Assembly (NCBI GenBank): GCA_010093995.1
Contig: ML992502.1
Location: 382,760-446,759 of the forward strand
Direction of reading: 5' to 3'
Length of the DNA stretch: 64,000 bases
Origin: Elsinoe ampelina
Lineage: Eukaryota
In this document: piece by piece, positions 35,640 through 45,478 of the stretch
How the letters are laid out: every line of letters begins with the position of its first letter
Numbering within the stretch: position 1 is the stretch's first letter
Translations under genes and position numbers: made by a program
Notes under the pieces: model-generated
The model's input: the letters and a program-made list of their open reading frames with translations, nothing else
What the model was told of the DNA's origin: nothing
Database searches by the model: none

Positions 35640-36278
35640 CTAGCCGTATTGCATGGCGCATTGTTGAGCTGAAGTACATGAACCTGGCGCGATAGGAGCC
35701 GGGGTTCCGGCTGGATCCCAGTATATTGCATCCCAAACCAATTGCTCCGTTGTCGAACCAAGCCGTGTTGTGACCTCTGCCGGAGGTCCCAAGTCAACTT
35801 TGCCACCGCCCGAGACGCTCATCGGGACGGTCACTGTGGTGTGATAGGCCGCAAAGTAGTCCTTGCCATTTTCTCGATAGGCAAGTCTTATGTCCAGAAT
35901 GAATTGATTCGAATTTGAGGCTGCCTCGTTGAATGTCATGGCAAAGGCGTGGTTGCTCGTGGTGCATTGTCCCAATATGATGCGGTCTTCAGAAGGGTAT
36001 CCCTGTGAGGTACCAGTGCACATAGATGTTGATTTGAACGTGATTGAAAGTTCCGCCTTGCCGGCAGTGATCGGCATTCCGATGGTGGAGAATCTGAGTC
36101 CTGATATACTCATCGACAGGGGCCCCTTTGGACTGTCAGGTTGGGGGCCGGTGACCTTTATTTGTGGGATTGGCTGTGCCATGGGTTCGGAGGAAGCAGT
36201 ATTTGGTTTGCTTTGGACTGGGTTGGCTTGCGAAAGAGCAGCGAGCGACGCAAGGATGGGGAGTGAATATGGCAGCAT
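35640..36278 (-). CDS. Small secreted protein (212 aa, 4 Cys), candidate effector
   Basis: Signal peptide MLPYSLPILASLAALSQA; no recognised domain. Confidence 0.65.
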   Translation of the reverse strand: MLPYSLPILASLAALSQANPVQSKPNTASSEPMAQPIPQIKVTGPQPDSPKGPLSMSISGLRFSTIGMPITAGKAELSITFKSTSMCTGTSQGYPSEDRIILGQCTTSNHAFAMTFNEAASNSNQFILDIRLAYRENGKDYFAAYHTTVTVPMSVSGGGKVDLGPPAEVTTRLGSTTEQLVWDAIYWDPAGTPAPIAPGSCTSAQQCAMQYG

Positions 36279-37135
36279 CGTACGCGTACGAGCAGTGAGC
36301 GTCTGTGGAATATGCGGAAGCCCAATCAGTGCGCACCAGGGCCATATAGAGGCAACACAAACTTACTGAACGTGTCCTTGGCTGCCACGATGCACACAGG
36401 AAGGTTTGTGAGGCCAGCTTCAACGCTGGCGAAAGTATGAGATGTCGCTCATACTTGACCTCGTATCTATGGTACGCACGAGTCGAATCAAGTTGGCATG
36501 TGCGGATTTACAGTGATACATGGCATACTGCTGGACTGTTGGTCATTGTGGCCTGAGTTTCGGTTGGTGACTGGGGACATGTCTATGTTGGTACTCTTCG
36601 AGTTCAGTGTATCGGTGTTCGGATTGAACGTACCCATACTCGTGCCCTCTGGTCATCCATTTAGACTGCACGCGTTTCGAGGCAGAAAGCGTAGCTTTCA
36701 TCCGAGCTTCTCGACTCGTGAACAACAAATCCAAGCTTGAGGATATAGGTTCCAAAAGTGAGCACGTGGCCATAGCGGCCCTTCCATGAAGGACAGCATT
36801 GGCTGTACATTGTGTTGACTTGTGCGATTCTATGATAACGGTGTCATCTATTGTGATAGGATCAGCCCGTGATGTTTGTCAAGGTGGGAGAATGGCCGGT
36901 CCTGCAAGATGACGGGAATCACACGTCACGCTCAAAAACAGTGGGTTCACTATTATCCTTAATGAATCTTCGCTCGAAGCACTTTTCAGGAATCTCCATC
37001 ACAAACAAACCACATCTCAAGTAAGCCAGCAATTCCCCGTCCGTGACTCCAGCATCGGTCTATATCCACGTGGTCTAACACATCCCAGTACAACCACCCT
37101 CTCTACCAACTCAAACCAAACCAAACACAACCAAC

Positions 37136-37351
37136 ATGTCTGCACCCAACCAAGGCCGCCAGTCCCCAGAGCCCGAGAGGCAAAGCGATGCTCAGATCAA
37201 CCCCCATGGTTCGAAGCCCAACGAGCAGGGCGGAGCACCATCCCTAGAGCACGGCAAGGAGCAGTCGGACAAGCAGAAGTCAGACACTCTGCCGTCGAAC
37301 CCAAAGGGACCCCTTGAGGATGCGGCAAAGGAGAAGACCAGCAAGTCCTAG
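37136..37351 (+). CDS. Small hydrophilic protein (71 aa) with a 5'UTR intron (37021-37088)
   Basis: Good start context (CAACATG), sequence MSAPNQGRQSPEPERQ..LPSNPKGPLED, and an upstream GTAAGC..CTAAC..CAG intron. Confidence 0.75.
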   Translation: MSAPNQGRQSPEPERQSDAQINPHGSKPNEQGGAPSLEHGKEQSDKQKSDTLPSNPKGPLEDAAKEKTSKS

Positions 37352-37760
37352 ATTGGTCGAGATGTTTAACAAAGAATTAAGAACGCAGATGAGGCTTTGA
37401 CTGTACCGGCGATGAAGCAACATAGGCCATGAATGAAGAGGGGAGGGAATCAGCCGCACATGGCAAGAAGTCTGCAAGGAAGTTGACGGCTACAAGCAGC
37501 ATCATATGAAATGGAACTTCAATGTCACTGAACGATCTCGAGTATCTGCACCGTCCATTGTCCAGTATCGAAGCTATCCTGATGTTCCTGTTTTCCATGG
37601 AGGGGCACTCTCTGGCTGACGCCATCCCCCCACTTTCCTTTTTGAGGCATCACACATCACCTGCACATGTCCCATACACCAATTCGACTCTAACAATCGA
37701 TGATGTGTTACAACTCTTCGCCATCTTTATCCTAATTATTGAATGCGATCTGGCACTCCA

Positions 37761-39001
37761 ATGGCCTCTACCACCGGCTCTGTCCCCTCAGGAGCCACCT
37801 ACACCATCGTCCCAACAAAAGATGCACAAGTAGCACAAGAACTATGGTGGAGCCACATGCTCGAACTCGGCTGGGTATGCTGCATTTGATCCTATATCTA
37901 CATATCGTACAACGCAAAACCAAAATCCCCCGTCATATCCCGACCTACACATTTCCACTTCTTCAGCCCTTCCACAAGTCCGACCTGACCCCTCCAGAAT
38001 CGCTCTTACTACGACCTCGCCTCGTACATCTCCGCCACCAACTCGCGGGGCTTTCTCCTCCTCTATCCAGATGAGTCGGATAGGCCACAAGGTCACGTCA
38101 TGGCGACTGTGTTTGACAACCAGACTGCGTGGGTGAGTCCCTCCTTCCTCTTTCTCTCCAGCTCCCGTACCACAAGCAATCCAGATCCCAGGCGGGGTTC
38201 TCAGGCTGACGGGAGAAGATAGCAATGTTCATCACCGCCCCCTCGGTGAGACGGCACGGTTTCGGAAAACCTTTATTCCAAGCCGCGATGGATGATCTGG
38301 TGACGCGTGACGTGAAGTACTGCGGCCTGGACGCGGTGGCGGAGCAAGTGCCTACTTATGCGCGGAGGGGGTTTGTGGAGTCCGAGAAAGGGAGGGTGAG
38401 GTGTATGCTTCGGCCTTTTGGGGAGAATGTGCCGGAGGTGGATGTGCCTAGTGGGTGGAGGGTCAGGGGTGTTGAAGAAGGAGATCTTGCTGGGTTGGTA
38501 AGGAGTGAGAGACGGGTGATTGGATTCGAGAGGAAGGGGTTGTGGTCGAGAGATTACCTTCGCCGGCCGGATGTGGAAGGGTTGATTGTCCTGGACGAGT
38601 CGAGAGGGGGAGATGATGCATTGCTGGCTTGGGTGTTTGTGAGGAGATCTCCGGGAGGGGCGCGGCTAGGGCCTGTGTATGCTCGAGATGCAGCAGCAGC
38701 AAAACTGGCTATTGCGAAGGGGCTGCAACTCGCCACTCCAGAGTTCGTCAAGACTCGTCCGCTCCCAGGTGTGGAGATGAGCAACCAACCCGCAGACGAG
38801 ATCCGAAGAGCGGCAACGACCATAGTCGAGGTATCATTGGCAAATCCCCAGGCGCTCGAGCTCTTCGAAAGTCTTGGATTTGCCAACGCCGGAGTCGACT
38901 ACCATCGAATGTGGTTGAACGGATCCATACCACCTGAGCAAGCAGAAGGTGGTGTTTCAGAGAAAGAGATGTTTGCCATCTATGACGCCGCGATAGGATA
39001 G
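37761..39001 (+). CDS. GNAT-family N-acetyltransferase; exons 37761-37874, 37998-38132, 38219-39001
   Basis: Spliced ELGW|NR..TAW|IAMFI, acetyl-CoA motif RRHGFGKPLF, LDAV.EQV..Y.RRGF, and a YitH-like RLGPVYA. Confidence 0.82.
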
Positions 39002-40470
39002 TCCTCGACCACTGGCTTCCCTTCTAACACCGTCTCCGTCCTCCTCGGTCCCAAATGCTGCAGCGTAGCAATTGCCCCTTCCGGGTTATCCTTGTTATCC
39101 AAAAACACCATCTGCAACATCGCCGTGCTCACATTCTCCATCAACCCCAACTCCCTCGCCGTCTGCACAAACTCCCCCTTCATCCTCTCCCCCAACTCCA
39201 TCTCCCCATAAAACCGATCCCACATCTGCTCAACCTGCCACTCGGACGCATTCCCAAGATGCACCATCATATCAATCCTCCCCGGCCTGACCAACGCCTC
39301 ATCCAACTTCTCGATATAATTCGTCGTCATAAACACAATCCTCTCCTCGGCACTCGCCACCCCATCCAACGCATTCAACAGCCCCGAAAACGTCACACTC
39401 CCCCCACTATACCCATCCTCGTCCCTCTGCCTCCGATTCGCAAACGCCGCATCCGCGTCCTCGAGCAACACAATCGTCCTCGGCGGCACATTCAACAACA
39501 ACCGATTCAACAAATCATCATGCAGACCCCTCTGGCTCAAACTCAACATGGCGATGTTATAATCCAACTCGCCCGCCAACGCCTGCACGAAACTCGTCTT
39601 GCCCGTCCCCGGCGGCCCGTGCAGCATGTACCCCCTCCGGTACGGGATGCCCCGGTCGAGGTACCACGTCCTCGCGTCGAGAAACTCCCTCACGTCCGCG
39701 AGGATGCGGCCGCTGAGACCCTCGGCCAGCACGACGGAGGTGAAGGGGCGTTTGCGTCGGGGTTCGCCCAGGGGTAGCCATTGCATGTTGGAGAGGGTGT
39801 AGATGACTGTTTTTCCCTCGACGTTTTCGACGGATAGGGCGTGGGCTTCGGCGAAGATGGTCTCGAAGATGTGCCGGTGGGTGTATAGGGTGGTGAATTT
39901 GAGGGTTTCGAAGGGTTGGCCGGCGGAGTCGAAGGATTTGCCGATGCGTTCGCGGTGCACGGAGAGGAAGGCGCGGTGGTATCGGAGGATGTGGCGCCCG
40001 TGGCCTGGGACGAGGTGGAAGGAGGTTTGTGATTGGCCTGAGGGGAGGCGGGTGCTGCCGGTTTCCATTTGGAGGTGGTGCAGACCCGGGGTGAGGCGGC
40101 GGAGGAGTCGCTCGGTGGGGGGGAGGGAGGCGGTGGGGATGGAGAGTTGGGATTGGTATTGGCGGGTCATCCATTGGAGGATCCAGGGGTAAGACTTATC
40201 GTGGCGGGTGATTTCGAGGTCGACGAGCATACGGTGGCGGATGAGGTCGAGGGTGCGGCGGAGTCCTTGTTGGCCATAGCGAAGGGCGGCGCCGAGGCCA
40301 GCTAGACCGAGACCGCCGGTGAAAAGTGGGTTGGAGACGAGCTGCTGCCATAGAGAGTCGGATGGGTTGGTAGATGATGTGAGTTGCTTAATTATGGTGG
40401 CCCTGTCGGCTGGCGGAGGTGGTTGTGCTACATCTTGTAAAGCCTGAGTTGGAGACACCCCATCGGCCAT
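38980..40470 (-). CDS. BCS1: Mitochondrial AAA chaperone Bcs1
   Basis: NPLFTGGLGL TM, WYLDRGIPYRRGY, Walker A GPPGTGKTS, LLEDAD, VTFSGLLNALDGV and LVRPGRID. Confidence 0.95.
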   Translation of the reverse strand: MADGVSPTQALQDVAQPPPPADRATIIKQLTSSTNPSDSLWQQLVSNPLFTGGLGLAGLGAALRYGQQGLRRTLDLIRHRMLVDLEITRHDKSYPWILQWMTRQYQSQLSIPTASLPPTERLLRRLTPGLHHLQMETGSTRLPSGQSQTSFHLVPGHGRHILRYHRAFLSVHRERIGKSFDSAGQPFETLKFTTLYTHRHIFETIFAEAHALSVENVEGKTVIYTLSNMQWLPLGEPRRKRPFTSVVLAEGLSGRILADVREFLDARTWYLDRGIPYRRGYMLHGPPGTGKTSFVQALAGELDYNIAMLSLSQRGLHDDLLNRLLLNVPPRTIVLLEDADAAFANRRQRDEDGYSGGSVTFSGLLNALDGVASAEERIVFMTTNYIEKLDEALVRPGRIDMMVHLGNASEWQVEQMWDRFYGEMELGERMKGEFVQTARELGLMENVSTAMLQMVFLDNKDNPEGAIATLQHLGPRRTETVLEGKPVVEDYPIAAS

Positions 40471-40793
40471 AGACGTCTAAGATATCTATTACCTATAAGC
40501 CAAAGGTTTCGAAAGGTGCTATATGAGTTCCGATATATTTCGAGATCAGAGATTTGCCGGATACTCTTGTGTAGCTCATAAGTGTGTGGAAGAAAATTGA
40601 ATGCTACAATTCTTTACAGGCCATCGAAGCATGAGCTTGGCATCATAAGAACCTATCACTGTAACGATCGAGGTATACGGGATCATCTAGTATCGTAACC
40701 ATATCGGTATCGCGCTGGTCACTTTCACTCCATGTCGATTCACCAATGCAAAATGTAGTGTCTCTCATAACTCGTCTACATCTATGCTACATC

Positions 40794-42308
40794 TCAACCT
40801 TCTTCCGCGTCCATATTATCCCTCCCAGCACCACGCGCACCACCTCTGTGCCTCAAACCACCCTTTCCACGGGCCTTTTTCTTCTCATCAAAGTCTTTAA
40901 TCTCTCTAATAGCAACTCTTTGAGCCTCGCTGACTTTGTCTGCATACACCATGACTTCATCCGCAATCATCTTCTTCTCATCTAGTTTTCGTCCCAATGC
41001 CTTTTCGATCCTGAGATACACCTCGACATCGTATTGTGTGACTAGCGAGATCGCCATGCCGCTTTTACCCGCTCGAGCTGTTCGTCCAACACGGTGTACG
41101 TATGTCTTGCTGTCTGTGGGTAGGTCATAGTTTACCACCAAGTCGACTGAAGGTATATCAAGACCTCTCGCGGCGACATCTGTAGCGACAAGAATGTCTC
41201 GACTGTGAGCTTTGAACTTGTTTAGAGCTCCAAGACGCTTGTCCTGGGAGAGTTGACCGTGGAGAGGAATCGCCCCAAAGCCTAGAGCTCGCAGAAGGAA
41301 AGCCAGGCGTTGTGTTTCGTGCACTGTTCTGGTGAAGAGGATGGTCGACTGACCCATGTGGTCGGACAAGAGTGAGACAAGGTAGATGTCCTTGTGCTTG
41401 TGTGGGATGAACGAATATGACTGCAGTAGTGTCGCCACCGTCTGATATGATGACGACGAAATGCTGATTCTGAGTGGGTTGGAAAGGGAGGCTCGCTGCA
41501 ACGACTCGACCTTGGATGACATGGTAGCAGAGAACAAGTATGTCCTTCGATCGCGCGGTAACACGCGAAGGATCTTGTCGAGAATAGGACCGAAATCCAG
41601 GTCGAGAAGACGATCTGCCTCATCCATGACGAGATACTTTAGTGTCCGCAAAGAGAAGCCCTTCGTGTTCTGCAAATGGTCCAGCAGTCGTCCCGGTGTG
41701 GCGACAATGATATGAGGCTTCTTTGCCAGGGCAATCGCTTGGGTGACCATGTCCATGCCACCGACCAAGACTGCACACTTGACCGCGATTAGGGATCCAA
41801 GTGCCTCAAATTGCTTCCCAATCTGATCCGCCAGTTCTCTGGTGGGCGCAAGAACCAACCCAAACAGCGCCTGGGGCTTGTCCATGAGCGCCTGAAGGAT
41901 GGGCAACGCAAATGCAGCCGTCTTGCCAGACCCAGTCTCCGCGAGTCCGATCAGATCTCTGCCTTGGAGAGCTGGCGGGATGGACTCTGCCTGGATTGGC
42001 GTTGGAGCTTTGTATCCCAGGCTCTCGCATGCTTCGCACAGCGAGTCGATGATACCGAGATCCTCGAAAGTACATGGAGCGACAGCAGCATCTTTCGCAA
42101 CATCGCTACCACCATCCGTGCTTGGTATTGTGGGTTGCTCTTCCTCTTCCGCTCCGCTGTCTACTCCGGAGAAGTCGCTTTCCTCATTCGAGTCTGGGAC
42201 AGGCGGCGGTGACGGCTCCACCTCTGGTGACCGCTTCTTCCTCTTGATGACAGCGTCTCCGTTTTTGGACAGATTCGAGTCCAGCTTTCTCTTCTTCAGT
42301 CCAGCCAT
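40794..42308 (-). CDS. RRP3: DEAD-box rRNA helicase Rrp3
   Basis: Q motif, [21 protein letters not shown] and [10 protein letters not shown], plus Rrp3-type [10 protein letters not shown] and LQRASLSNP. Confidence 0.93.
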   Translation of the reverse strand: MAGLKKRKLDSNLSKNGDAVIKRKKRSPEVEPSPPPVPDSNEESDFSGVDSGAEEEEQPTIPSTDGGSDVAKDAAVAPCTFEDLGIIDSLCEACESLGYKAPTPIQAESIPPALQGRDLIGLAETGSGKTAAFALPILQALMDKPQALFGLVLAPTRELADQIGKQFEALGSLIAVKCAVLVGGMDMVTQAIALAKKPHIIVATPGRLLDHLQNTKGFSLRTLKYLVMDEADRLLDLDFGPILDKILRVLPRDRRTYLFSATMSSKVESLQRASLSNPLRISISSSSYQTVATLLQSYSFIPHKHKDIYLVSLLSDHMGQSTILFTRTVHETQRLAFLLRALGFGAIPLHGQLSQDKRLGALNKFKAHSRDILVATDVAARGLDIPSVDLVVNYDLPTDSKTYVHRVGRTARAGKSGMAISLVTQYDVEVYLRIEKALGRKLDEKKMIADEVMVYADKVSEAQRVAIREIKDFDEKKKARGKGGLRHRGGARGAGRDNMDAEEG

Positions 42309-42474
42309 TGCGTTGCAAGATTGTTTGTCGTGTCGTAGTTTTGGAGGTGTGAAGTCATCGTCTTCGCATGCCGGAAAAAAAACGAAACTTTGGCGGGGAA
42401 ATTTTGAAAACCCATCAGCAGTTCAATTGTCTTCCAATCTTCTGATTCACTAAAATACCACCGGAAATCATACA

Positions 42475-43833
42475 ATGGCAAAGAGAAGGGTCAAGAAGCG
42501 CACACAGGCTCCGCAGGATCCCAATGGAGGACCCAAAGTGCCCAAGAGCATGGTCATCAGGATCGGAGCTGGCGATGTTGGTCCCGCTGTCACGCAGCTG
42601 GTGCAAGACGTCCGCGAAGTCATGGAGCCACATACAGCGAGCAAATTGCGGGAGAGGAAGGGGAACAGGCTGAAGGACTATGTAACAATGGCAGGACCTC
42701 TGGGGGTCTCCCATCTGTTCCTCTTCTCAAGATCGGAGAATGGCAACACAAATCTACGACTAGCGATTGCACCGAGAGGACCGACCTTGCACTTCCGGGT
42801 GAACAACTACTCATTATGCAGAGACATTGCCAGAAGCTTGAAGAGAGCCAAGGCAGGTTACAAGGAGCATCTCACATCACCACTCCTGGTCATGAACAAC
42901 TTCAACTCTGGAGACAACCCTCACCCCGCCGTGCCAAAGCACTTGGAGTCTTTGACCACATCGGTTTTCCAGTCGCTCTTTGCTCCTATCAACCCACAGG
43001 CTACTCCGCTGGACTCAATCAAGAGGATACTGCTCCTAGACCGCATACAACCGAAGCCGGACAGCGAGGATGCACCGTTCTTGCTCAGCTTCAGGCACTA
43101 CGCCATCTCGACGCCTCCAGCAAAGTCATCCCTACCACGGGCACTCCGAAGATTGAACACAGCCACACATGCATCTCAGCCTTCGAAGAAACGACTACCA
43201 AATCTGGGAAAGCTGGGTGACATGTCCGACTTCCTACTGGACCCGACCGCCGCGGGTTTTACATCGGCAAGCGAATCCGAGCTGGACTCTGACGCGGAGG
43301 TAGAAGTACTTGCGCCTAACGTCCGAAGAGCCATGACAAAGGACGAGAGATCTCGCATGCGGGAAGAGCAACGAGCACGGATTGAACAGAATGGTGACGG
43401 TGAAGGTGAGGAAGGGACACCCCGACCGACCAGACCAGCTTTCAAGGAGAGGGTGGAGAAGAAAGCCATCAAGTTGACCGAGCTTGGACCCCGCATGACA
43501 TTGCGTCTGACAAAGGTCGAGGAGGGATTGTGCGGTGGGAAGGTAATGTGGCACGAATACATCCACAAATCAAAAGCCGAAGTGTCGGAGATGGAACGAG
43601 TCTGGGCGAAGCGCAAGAAGGAGAAGGAGGAGCGCCGCAAGATCCAAAAGGAGAACGTGGAGAGGAAACGGAAGGAAAGAGGCGCCAATGGCCAGACTGG
43701 TGAGGACGAGGACGAGGATATCTCGGACATGGGCGACGAGGATGATGACTTTTGGGACGACGAGGAAGGGGAAGACCTGAATGGGGAACAAGAGCTCGAT
43801 CAGGAGGAAGTGATGGAGGTTGAGGAAGAGTGA
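42475..43833 (+). CDS. SSF1: Brix-domain ribosome biogenesis protein Ssf1/Peter Pan
   Basis: PKSMVIRIG, VMEPHTA.KLRERK.N.LKD, PRGPTLHF and KLTELGPRMTLRL.KVEEGLC, with an acidic tail. Confidence 0.93.
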   Translation: MAKRRVKKRTQAPQDPNGGPKVPKSMVIRIGAGDVGPAVTQLVQDVREVMEPHTASKLRERKGNRLKDYVTMAGPLGVSHLFLFSRSENGNTNLRLAIAPRGPTLHFRVNNYSLCRDIARSLKRAKAGYKEHLTSPLLVMNNFNSGDNPHPAVPKHLESLTTSVFQSLFAPINPQATPLDSIKRILLLDRIQPKPDSEDAPFLLSFRHYAISTPPAKSSLPRALRRLNTATHASQPSKKRLPNLGKLGDMSDFLLDPTAAGFTSASESELDSDAEVEVLAPNVRRAMTKDERSRMREEQRARIEQNGDGEGEEGTPRPTRPAFKERVEKKAIKLTELGPRMTLRLTKVEEGLCGGKVMWHEYIHKSKAEVSEMERVWAKRKKEKEERRKIQKENVERKRKERGANGQTGEDEDEDISDMGDEDDDFWDDEEGEDLNGEQELDQEEVMEVEEE

Positions 43834-45478
43834 GGCGCTCCTACTATTCCAGCCGTTTCAACGAAGGGGTCTTTCCGTGAAGGATGGGGCATCTTTGCCG
43901 ACCACATCAGCGACCTGATGGATGAGTACGAGGACTCATTTCTTCATGCTGGGTCTTACAGATGGCCCCCTACCACTGCTCAATGGGATGATGAGCGCCC
44001 ATTGCGATGGCTCCAGCTCTTGGTGGATGATACCCTCACGAGACGACATGAAGCAGATTCAGGCAAGCTAGCATCTAGGCCTGCAGATCATGCCTTCTAG
44101 GTCCGCAACACGCGATCAATCCTCGTGCTACGGGATATTCCTGATCAGCGCTGTCAAAGTAACGTGGTCAAGAAGACAGCATGCTAGCCGTTGCATTAAT
44201 GCCCGTCCTGTTCACTACAAGGGTGGGTAGAACCCGGACAACATGGACGATGCGTAAGGCTCCGCGGGATGGCCATGTGCCGTAAAAGACATGGTCAGTG
44301 GCGTACAGTACATTTGCCGCTAGAAATACAGGACAGTAGCCAAGGAGAATAGACAAAACGTCCTTCATTGATTCGCAATCAGCACCGCAGCAGCCACAGT
44401 GGTCACGACTGGTGGGCGAAACCCCGGAACAATTCCTCCGAGCTCAACGCTGTACTGGTATAGGACTACTTGGTCGTGATTCAGAGAGCAGGACGTTATA
44501 GCCAAAGTGGTAGGAAACATCTCTGCCATCGATAGGCCCTGATCTCGAACTCAATCTGAACCAGAGATGCGGGAAATGTCAAGCATGCGCAACGGCAACG
44601 GCAATTGCGACAGCAAGGCGTGATTGGCCGCGGAGTCTGGCAGGGTGGGATGAGGTTGGAGACAGTTGAAGCCATGTCTTGACAGGGAGCGGTTCCTGGC
44701 TGCTTACTGTAAGAATGAATGGTTGTTGAAGACGTTGACAGTCAGCTGTGGAGACGGAACCACAAACGTTTCCCTACCTCAATTCAACCACGCTTGCTCT
44801 TTCATCGCAATCCATCAACAATACATTCATTGTCAACATCAGTGTCTGAACGATTCGATTGAATTACCACTGGACATCATGGAATGCGAAAGACAGCAGC
44901 CCCACTTCACTATAGCGAGAGCAAAAGTCGCTCGATCTACAGCTACAGATATGCCCTTTCGATGAAGGTCGAATCAAGGTTGTGGCTCAATCTTCTAGCA
45001 AATAAGCAGCTAACCGTCAACGACTCAAATGACCTTTAACAAGTTCACCGGACTGCCAACACAGGGTGAACAGTAGCTTAATGGCCAAATCTAGGTTGGT
45101 AACTATCACCGTTTCACCGTCCCATTACCTTGTCTTCCTACCGTTGGACCTTATTCAGACTTGCATCTCCTCTGTCCCGTGTTTTCCATGCGTGTATAGG
45201 CTCTCGATCTCGAAAGACCGTCGTTACAATGGTCGTCGCTCTGCCGGGTTAATAGGCTTCACCGTACAACTGTAATGTCGAGACCGGAGACTGCCGTCCA
45301 ACCTCATCCAGCATCCAAAGCAGACTTACGACCACGTACATACCAGCCAGTCCAGATATATAAGCCGACATGGCTGCTCATCATCCAGTTTCTGAATCAG
45401 TGCCGGACACTGGAAGCTATCTAGACGAATACCTTTCAGCCCTCCACCCAACTAATCATCAGCAACACACTCTCAGCA

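Noticed and set aside
28014..39001. Biosynthetic cluster with self-resistance genes (GlyRS, ALS, DUF4188, GNAT)
   Set aside because: There is no PKS, NRPS, terpene or RiPP backbone, transporter or cluster regulator. ILV2 looks like the normal mitochondrial enzyme, and the genes are interleaved with housekeeping loci.
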